Shown: positions 1 through 6,421 of the stretch, piece after piece
Layout of the letters: each line of letters opens with the position of its first letter
Position numbering within the stretch: the first letter of the stretch is position 1
Origin: Geosiphon pyriformis uo1
Lineage: Eukaryota; Fungi; Glomeromycota
DNA: 6,421 bases
Assembly: GCA_016748015.1 (NCBI GenBank)
Contig: JAAOMT010000133.1
Coordinates: forward strand, 18,150 to 24,570
Reading direction: 5' to 3'
Position numbers and translations under genes: made by a program
Notes under the pieces: model-generated
Databases searched by the model: none
Told to the model about the DNA's origin: nothing
Seen by the model: only the letters and a program-made list of their open reading frames with translations

Positions 1-354
1 AATTCTTTTCCTTTCTCTTTAATTAATTGATCATTGAATTCAATAGTGGCTGCAGTTACTTGTTCTATCCAATAACTTAAAGCTTGGTTTAATAATGGAA
101 ATTTAACGCTTTTGTGTCGAATAGATCTTTCTGAGATTTCATCAATTTCAATATTCAACCACTTTGCATGCTCTTTGATTATCTTGAAGACAGTTGGACG
201 AGAAATATGAAGTTCTGGATATTTATGATTAAAGTAAGCTACAATATCATCATGTTTCGTGCCATAGTGATTTTTGGAATATTGACAAATTTCTTTATGA
301 AGAGCATCATTGACTGTTGCTCGTTTTTGTTTTTTGAATAAAGGTTCCCGACAT
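1..354 (-). pseudogene. pogo/Tigger-family transposase N-terminus (two CENP-B-type HTH domains); start codon out of frame by 1 nt; truncated by the window edge
   Basis: A stop-free minus frame from 428 to 3 reads ...EPLFKKQKRATVNDALHKEICQYSKNHYGTKHDDIVAYFNHKYPELHISRPTVFKIIKEHAKWLNIEIDEISERSIRHKSVKFPLLNQALSYWIEQVTAATIEFNDQLIKEKGKE. This fits an ABP1/CENP-B N-terminal HTH (KEIC...I.RxTV.KI) followed by HTH_Tnp_Tc5 (KFPLL..AL..W......I...LIKEK). The ATG at 354-352, in context ATCAAAATGTCG, joins this frame (MSEPLFKKQKR) if one G of the GGG run at 349-347 is removed. Not in the ORF track. Confidence 0.85.
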
Positions 355-580
355 TTTGATAATTTAGCAAGTCTGTTAGAAAATGTGCTTATAATGATAA
401 TATTAGATTTGGTTTTAGCAAGCCTGAATTAGAATACAAAAAGGGCTAAATGGCTGTATGTGAAAACAGATAAGATCAAAAAGAGTAAGTCCAATGTAAA
501 TCGATTTAAAAGAAAGTTAGGATGAAATCAATTCAATACGTTCTTCCCAATTACCAATTAACATCTAATACATGATATTT

Positions 581-755
581 GTTCTTATATGAAGGTAAAT
601 TTCGAATAAATATTTGATAAAATTATGTTCTTGTTCCTTTATAGATTGTTCTTATATAAAGGGAAAATTGTTAATTAATCAATTGGTTCTATAAAAAAAT
701 GTTCTTTGTAAGAGGTTGTTCTTTTATCGAGGGTTCTTTTATAGAGGTCTCAGTG
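581..755 (-). repeat. Terminal/subterminal repeat region of the pogo-like element with five 15-bp direct repeats
   Basis: Plus-strand copies: GTTCTTATATGAAGG (581-595), GTTCTTATATAAAGG (648-662), GTTCTTTGTAAGAGG (701-715), GTTCTTTTATCGAGG (718-732), GTTCTTTTATAGAGG (733-747). Partial copies at 633-644 and 686-693. The partner TIR lies outside the window. Confidence 0.85.
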
Positions 756-1586
756 TACTATGTTTTTTTGTTAAAAACGTAATTTTTAAATATTAACATA
801 ATTTTTTAAGCTTAAAATATTAATTTTTTAATTATTAAAGCTTAATTAATGTTTTTTATTCTATAATTAATATTATTATTAATTTAGATATTATTGATTA
901 AAAAAGAATTAACTTATTATGTTCAGATATTATAAATAATAACATAAATATTTTATTCTTAAATTATATTATTTATAAAGCTTTTTTTTATAAAATATAT
1001 AAATATATACGTTTTTTATATTAATTTTTTGTTTTATTAATTATTTTAGTGTTTAATATGTATTTATAAAATAATTTATTTAATTTATTTCAATATAAAA
1101 TAGATTTTCAAATATTAATTGCAACAAAAAAAAATGCTTTTTTAATTAAAATTATTTAATATTTAATATTTATTAATTACAACAAAATTAAATATACTTT
1201 TGTTTACATAATATTATTAATATATTTAAAAAACACTTACATATTTTATTTTTTTTAAATATTATTATTTAATGAAGTTATAAGCTTTTTATAATCATTT
1301 TTAAAGCATTTTTTTAATATTCAAAATAGTTTTTTCTTAAAATTTTTATTATTTTAATTAGAATTATAAGCTTTTTGTTTATTAATAGTTATATAACAAT
1401 ATTATTAAATATTAAAATTTTTAAAAAAAATATTGTGCCTAAATTTATTTACAAAAAATTTTATAATTAATTAATAAATATAGTTCAATCATTATTTATT
1501 ACAATATAATTATAAAAAAGTCTAAAATAAGAAAAATATATATATTTTTTATATGTAACTAATTACTTGAGTTGATTAAAATAATA

Positions 1587-2125
1587 TTACAAATTAATAT
1601 TACAAAAAACACAATTATTATTAGAAAATTTAAAAAGAATTAAAGACAAAAAATTTATAAAACCAAAATTAATTAAAACACTACAAAAAAACCTAAAATT
1701 ATAAATTTTTAAATTAAAGCTACATAATAGCAAACTGCTAATTATATTAATAATTAATCTATTTACAAATATTAAATTATTAAATTTGTAGAATTTTCTT
1801 AAACTAGTATTAAAAAACCAAATATCTAATTTATAGTAAATTGTAATATTATATACAAATTTAACAATATTAATAATTACTTTTAATTTATCAGAAAAAA
1901 TATTAAAAGCTTTCATAAATTATTTTTTAAGATAAAGTTTTTAATAATAGCTATATATAAATAGTTATTAGATTTTATCTTATATAATATTTAAATAACT
2001 GTAAAATTTACAATTAAAAATAATATACTAAACCAAAATAACACTAGTGATAATAATTTTTTTAACAACAATATTTAATTTACATAAAAACATATAATCA
2101 AAATTTTTTAATAAACTATAATATA
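1587..2125 (-). pseudogene. Hypermutated C-terminal part of a non-LTR retrotransposon (LINE) ORF2, including a decayed C-terminal Zn-finger
   Basis: The minus strand at ~2123-2082 reads YYSLLKNFDYMFLC, which transition reversal turns into xCGLLEDSDHxFxC, the tail of the CX2CX7HX3C finger. At ~1960-1905 it reads LYIAIIKNFIL/K*FMKAF (LYTAxAKGFVLKxW pattern). The track ORF 1916-1587 (IVKFVYNI...IW...LRKFYK.NNLI...FGF) follows and ends at a stop. The match is to recalled fungal LINE ORF2 C-termini. The upstream boundary is approximate. Confidence 0.65.
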
Positions 2126-2251
2126 AAAATTATACAAAAAACTTCTTTTTCTTATATATCCTAATAAACATCAAGAGTCTTATTTTGTTAGTAAAAATTT
2201 TTTAGTTCTTATATTATTCAGTTTGATATCTTTAAATTTTTTCTGCTTAAT

Positions 2252-4043
2252 TATAAAACTATTACTAAACTTAATATTGCTATTATAAAAAAGTTTGTTA
2301 AAAGCTTTAGAGTTTATATTATTAACAAAAATGTTGTTTCTAAAAAAAAAGATGCTTTGGAAAATAATATTGCTGATAAAAAAGTTTTTACTAAAAAAAT
2401 GATCAAAAATTCTTGGAATTCTAAAAATAATAATACTAAATCTAATAGTATTAACATAAAAAGAGAGTTTTTAGTAAAAAAAACCAGTGTAAATTATGAT
2501 AAAAGACTTGTTTTAGACAGAAAAAAATTAAATTAGATACCAAAAGGTGACCAAACAAGCTTTAAACACTTTTTTAAGAAAAATTAATTTCTTAAGTAAT
2601 AATAAGAATAATGTTTTCTTGAATACTTCTTTAAGTTTTCTTCTGCTACTAAAAAAATCTGGTTAATATATTTGTTAAAAAGTTTTTTGCTTTGGATATT
2701 GGCTTAAATAAAATTGTTAAGAAGTTATTATATATAAAACTTATAATAATTAGAAAAATATTTACAAAAGTTAATGGTTTTAAGAAAGTATTTATTTTCT
2801 TAAAATTTGTTAGTATTATTAGAATTACATTAACTTTTGAATTTAACATAGCACAAACAATAGATTTGGTTAAGACTAGAAATATTTTAGTAAATACCAA
2901 TCTTAAAAAATTTGCAATATGTTTAAATTAGGCTGTAGTTGTTAAAAAAATTTTTATAAAAACTTCCGTAAAAATTGTATATACTGTGCTTTTCAGATTT
3001 AAGATTATTGTATTAATCAAAATACAACCAATAGGACTGTAACAAAAAGCTATTATCAAATTTGAGTAATCTAATTATATTAATTTGACTATAGTAGAAT
3101 AGTTTGTTTTAATTAAGAAAGATACTACAAAGATTGTTAAGATTAATATAAATAAAAAAACAGAAAACACAAGAAACTATAATAGAACACTGCTTTTCAT
3201 ATTGCTAATAGATATACATACTTACAATATATAAGATTTTATTAAATTTATAAACAAAAAACATGTATTATTAACTAATATTCAGTTATATATACCAGAA
3301 CTAAATATATTGTAATGTGTTTTAACTCTAAATATTTATTAAATACTGTTATAAAAACCATGCCAGTATTTAAAAATACTAATTTTTATTGGTTTTATTT
3401 AAATTTAGCCAAGTTTGTCAAGTATAAAAACTTAAGTTATATATTATTAAGTTGTATTATTAATAAAAAGATTTTTTCTAATAGCTTATCTTATAAAATG
3501 TTTTCTAAAGCAGATAAAAGTAAATTGGTCATTATTTATATTAAGTAATTAATTTTTGTAGTTCATTCAGTTTTTTTTAGTATTTTTTGAATAAAACTTA
3601 TTGATAGGTCTTTATTTTTTTTTCTTTTTATGCAAATAGTTTTTTAAGTTTTGGCTTTTCTTTGAAAATAAAGTTTTTTTTATTAATATTGAGGAAATAA
3701 ATAATAAATTTACCACTCTTAAACACAGTTTTACTAGTTTTAAAAAGTAAGTTAACAAGCTGGCTAAGATATTAGATGTATTTAGACTAATAATTTTTTA
3801 GTTTAATTCTGAATATTAGCTATTAGTAATTTTTTTATTACAAAATTAAAAGAGAGATACAATAATAAGTAAAAATTTAGGCACAGTTACTAATAGTAAA
3901 ATTATTGTAAAAACGGAGTTTTTAAACCAGTCAATTGTTTTAAGATTGAAAAAAATATAAAAAATTTGTTAATTAAGGTTATGAGTCTGTTGATCAAGAT
4001 AAACAATAAAAATTTAGGTTTGAACACATTTTTTTAACAATAA
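2252..4043 (+). pseudogene. LINE ORF1 (gag-like nucleic-acid-binding protein: RRM-like regions, CCHC zinc knuckle, C-terminal coiled-coil-like segment), heavily mutated
   Basis: There is a stop-free run of 94 codons at 2252-2533. The frame of track ORF 2692-2931 continues past its stop as *AVVVKKIFIKTSVKIVYTVLFRFKIIVLIKIQPIGL*QKAIIKFE, which is RNP-like (ancestral ...FG.IVSIKMQ.IGLWQKA.IEF). Bases 3414-3455 read F-VK-Y-KNLS-Y-ILLS-C, i.e. CX2CX4HX4C spacing with TGT>TAT and CAT>TAT (first Cys>Phe needs a transversion). The frame ends ...VMSLLIKINN...Q* at 4043. Several frameshifts are present. Confidence 0.75.
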
Positions 4044-5053
4044 CAAATCTGGTTTAAAAAATTGCTATGTACAATATTTAAAGTATTAATGTTCTTATTA
4101 AGCAAAATAATATTGTTTGTTAGTATATTAATTTAAATAACATAGTTTCTATTATTATAAACACAAAATTAAGATCTAATATTAAGTTATAGATTATAAA
4201 TAAGTTTGATAAAGTCTAAATTTTTATATTTGGTTTAGATATAAATTTTTTTGGTATTAATGTAACCATTATTATAAACAGTTTTCTGGTTCAGTATATT
4301 TTAAAAATAGAAAAATTTCAAATCAATTGATTTTAATATGTCTTTTATTTAAAAGCAAGTATTTGGTTATGATTTTAGGACTATATACTGGTGTTTTATT
4401 TGTGTTTAAATTTAAACAGACTTTAAAAATCAATGTTTTTATTGCTAAGATAATTAATATTAGTTTATTTGTGGTTTTGAGCAGAAATTTTAATGAAAAT
4501 AGATTTAAAAAAAATGTTAACTTTAAGTTTTATATAAGTTTGGCCTTGATTAATTTTTTTAATAGATATTTTTTAACCAAAATTTTTACTTAAAGCAATT
4601 TAAGAAAGATAAAAAAATTATTGATTATATTTTTTAGATGAAAATTTGGTGTCTACTGTCATAAGTCATAATATTAGAGTAGTATTTAATTTTTTCAATA
4701 TTAATTACAAAATTGTAATAATTTTAGTTAATTTAAAGATTTTCTGGATGTTTGTTTGAATAATATTCATAAACAAGCTAATAAAAATCAATGAAAGTTT
4801 AAAATTAAAGAGGTGAATAATACCAAGTAAATACAATTTAAAGAATATTTTTTTATTAAGTTCTTAATAATAATAAATAAGTTTTTAAATACAAAAGTTT
4901 TTGGTAATATAAGAGATATTGAAAAAGATAATAGTAAGAACAGTTAATAAAATATTTTTTAAACATTTGCTTAATATGTTTAATTATACAAAAAATAAGC
5001 AGTCTTTAAAGTTTTTTAAATTAGAATTACTAATGGCCAAAATTATTAAAAAG
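4040..5053 (+). pseudogene. LINE ORF2 N-terminus: apurinic-like endonuclease (APE/EEP) domain plus linker, heavily mutated
   Basis: The APE motifs occur in canonical order: KIAMYNI*S (TCNVRG-like; 4058-4084), IINTKL (ETK; 4154-4171), ILGLY (track ORF 4327), VVLSRNFNE (LGGDFNE; 4471-4497), T* (TW; 4588-4593), IDYIF intact (4620-4634), FNINY (FDTDH; 4694-4708). The linker ends ...KFFKLELLMAKIIKK at 5053. Confidence 0.88.
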
Positions 5054-5054
5054 A

Positions 5055-5098
5055 CAAGTCTAAATAATATAAGAGGATATAAAAATTATTAAATATTT
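5055..5098 (+). repeat. Left TIR of the Tc1-like element (may extend inward to ~5125)
   Basis: caagtctaaataatataagaggatataaaaattattaaatattt aligns to the reverse complement of 6348-6390 (taaattcagac-atacaaaaagatataaaaaatattaaacactt): 31 of 43 identical, 11 transitions, 1 transversion, one 1-nt gap. Confidence 0.72.
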
Positions 5099-5230
5099 AA
5101 TATAATATATAAAAAAAACTATATATTATAATACTATTATTAATTTAAGCCATAATTTTTTTTATAATTATTTATAATTATAATTTACAAATTAATATAA
5201 ATTATATCTTTATAAAACACAACAGCAGAT

Positions 5231-5246
5231 TATATATATATATATA
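5231..5246. repeat. (TA)8 microsatellite ending in a TATAAAA box, ~40 nt upstream of the Tc1 transposase ATG
   Basis: tatatatatatatata at 5231-5246 is seen directly. A promoter role is unproven. Confidence 0.6.
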
Positions 5247-5288
5247 AAATATCAAATATTTTTATTATAAAAAAATTTATCACATTAA

Positions 5289-6278
5289 ATGTCTTTTAGA
5301 AAAAAACTTTTTAAATACCAAAAAAAAAGGATTATTTTAGCAAAAAAAATAGAACATTTAAACAGTAAAAATTTTATGACTATTAAATATTCATGTTTTT
5401 TTGTAATATATATATAAAGTTATATAAGCTAATAAATATATATGTAAACAACTTAAATATTCAATAATAGAGAGCAAAAAACCCACTATTAAATTCTTTT
5501 TTAAATACAATTGAATTTTATTAAAAATATCAACAAATTTATTTTTATATAAACTATTTGAAATAGATTAGCTTAAGAAGAATTTTACTTGTATATTCTT
5601 TATTTTATGTTATTAATTTCTAAATCAAATAAAAAAAAACATTTACAATAGACTTATATTTATAAAAATTGAACAGTAAAAAATTTTAAACAATTTGTTT
5701 AATCAAATAAATCTATATATACACAATTTAAAACTATAAAATTTAAACATTTATGGTATAAACTTTTTAAGGAGTTCTATAAAGATTGTATTACAGCCAC
5801 AGTTAGAAAAAATTTTGATCACATATTTAAAGATGTTTTTTATGAATTGGTTTGAATTCTTTAGTTCTTTTGGTTAGTTATATTATTAAAGTTATATACC
5901 ACAAAATTTTAGCTAATTATGCAATTTCTATAGTAAAACTTTATGCAAAAAAAACTAAAAAAAAGTTTTTTTTTAGGAAAACAATACACTAATCTATATA
6001 TTAAAAGTTGTGTATTTTTTTTTATCTCTTTAAATGTTGAATTATTTTTTTGGCCAGCACAAAGTTCTGATATTACTCTAATAAAAAATTTTTCATTATA
6101 TATTGAAGTTAAAATTTGTTTACATAATTTATTACCTCTAAAATATTGTACAATTAAAACAGTAAGTTAAGAAAAAATAAGATGCAATATTTATAAATTA
6201 CTATTGTAATTTGATCAAGTCTATGCCATGTTAATTTCAAGCTATTTTTAAAGCAAATAAAATTAAATAAAATATTAA
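5289..6278 (+). pseudogene. Tc1-family DD34E transposase relic (N-terminal HTHs plus DDE_3-type catalytic domain)
   Basis: ATG at 5289 (MSFRKKLFKYQKKRII, like M..RKELSEY.RG.II). Then KKHLQ*TYIYKN*T (KRL.WA..H.NWT), V*SNKS = VWSDES (D at 5706-5708), F*ENNTLIY = FQEDNAPIH (D at 5980-5982), WPAQSSDITLIKN = WPAQSPD..PIEN (E at 6084-6086), LIKSMPC* = LI.SMPRR, and terminal KY* at 6270-6278. The D-to-E distance is 104 nt, which is D34E after restoring a 1-nt deletion. Confidence 0.9.
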
Positions 6279-6347
6279 TATGTATTTTAATATAATAATA
6301 AAAAATTAACAATTTATAAGTTAGGTCTTTTATATAACATATTATAA

Positions 6348-6390
6348 AAGTGTTTAATATTTTTTATATCTTTTTGTATGTCTGAATTTA
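6348..6390 (-). repeat. Right TIR of the Tc1-like element (may extend inward to ~6320)
   Basis: Inverted counterpart of 5055-5098, as aligned in the left TIR entry. Confidence 0.72.
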
Positions 6391-6391
6391 A

Positions 6392-6421
6392 GTTAATAAG
6401 TGGTCAATTTTAAATAATAAA
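6392..6421 (+). pseudogene. Probable resumption of LINE ORF2 after the Tc1 insertion
   Basis: Reads VNKWSILNNK, resembling the V.KWSTLD segment that I recall following LELLVAKIVK in this LINE family. Only 10 codons are visible. Confidence 0.5.

Larger units (their letters stand above)
1..755 (-). mobile_element. pogo/Tigger-like (Tc1/mariner superfamily) DNA transposon, 5' (left) end; continues beyond the window start
   Basis: The minus strand begins TA|CACTGAGACCTCTATAAAAGAACC, with the TA at 756-757 and the element end at 755, resembling pogo/Tigger termini. It is followed by repeated 15-bp motifs and a CENP-B-type HTH transposase frame. Composition changes abruptly at 755/758: about 30% GC and 10 CpG inside, versus 4 CpG in the remaining 5.6 kb (hand count). 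Confidence 0.88.
5055..6390 (+). mobile_element. Complete but hypermutated Tc1-like (DD34E) DNA transposon, ~1.34 kb, nested in LINE ORF2
   Basis: Degenerate inverted repeats at 5055-5098 and 6348-6390 enclose a full-length transposase relic. The size is typical of Tc1/mariner elements. No clean TA target duplication is recognisable. Confidence 0.82.
2140..6421 (+). mobile_element. Hypermutated APE-type non-LTR retrotransposon (LINE): putative 5' UTR, ORF1 and 5' part of ORF2; interrupted by a Tc1-like element and running off the window end
   Basis: Colinear ORF1 (RRM-like plus CCHC) and ORF2 (APE motifs in canonical order) relics with a stop/start overlap at 4040-4043. The 5' boundary is approximate. 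Confidence 0.82.

Noticed and set aside
581-747. CRISPR array or iterons
   Set aside because: The repeats are only 15 bp, irregularly spaced or abutting, and sit at a TA-flanked transposon end next to a pogo transposase.
761-1145. Possible minus-strand reading frame
   Set aside because: About 12 stops in ~128 codons matches chance at ~90% AT, and no motif is recognisable.
808-1373. Recurrent AAGCTT as a designed or regulatory repeat
   Set aside because: Spacing is irregular and the flanks share little beyond AT-rich sequence. It is better explained as a mutation-resistant context, reported under findings.
2649-2900. Track ORF, 83 aa, minus strand
   Set aside because: Antisense shadow of the LINE ORF1 relic, with no independent motif.
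5030-5053. CTAATGGCCAAAATTATT as the Tc1 terminus (resembles Tc1 TGGCCAAAA, with a weak match near 6394-6410)
   Set aside because: It translates in frame as the LINE ORF2 segment LMAKIIKK, and the better inverted-repeat alignment starts at 5055.
1587-6170. Track ORFs 1587, 2692, 3315, 4327 and 5943 as functional small or membrane proteins
   Set aside because: They are residual stop-free pieces of mutated TE genes. Homology runs through their boundaries, and the I/F/K/N richness follows from C>T and G>A changes.
758-6421. Organellar or reduced-endosymbiont DNA, or a stop-codon-reassigned genetic code
   Set aside because: No rRNA, tRNA or respiratory genes are seen. In-frame stops map to Trp, Gln and Arg positions alike, catalytic residues are destroyed and frameshifts are present, which indicates decay rather than recoding.

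Overview
This is a eukaryotic, probably fungal, transposon graveyard with no intact gene. The family resemblance points to Glomeromycotina (Geosiphon/arbuscular-mycorrhizal type), but that is recalled, not searched. Bases 1-755 are the left end of a relatively young pogo/Tigger-like DNA transposon on the minus strand. It has a CENP-B-type HTH transposase N-terminus, a terminal repeat region with 15-bp repeats, a TA target site and about 30% GC. From 758 on, GC drops to roughly 9-20%. This stretch looks like junk, but most of it becomes readable once C>T and G>A transitions are mentally reversed. It holds (i) the ORF2 3' end of a LINE on the minus strand (~1587-2125), (ii) a plus-strand APE-type LINE with ORF1 (RRM-like plus CCHC knuckle, ~2252-4043) and the ORF2 endonuclease (4040-5053), and (iii) a complete ~1.34-kb Tc1-like DD34E transposon (5055-6390) nested in that ORF2, which appears to resume at 6392. 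The most interesting signal is the mutational process itself: near-saturating, two-strand C>T hypermutation of repeats. It is not confined to CpA (classical RIP) or CpG, appears to spare GpC, and stops sharply at the pogo terminus. Five of the six ORF-track entries are residual open stretches of these relics and the sixth is an antisense shadow.
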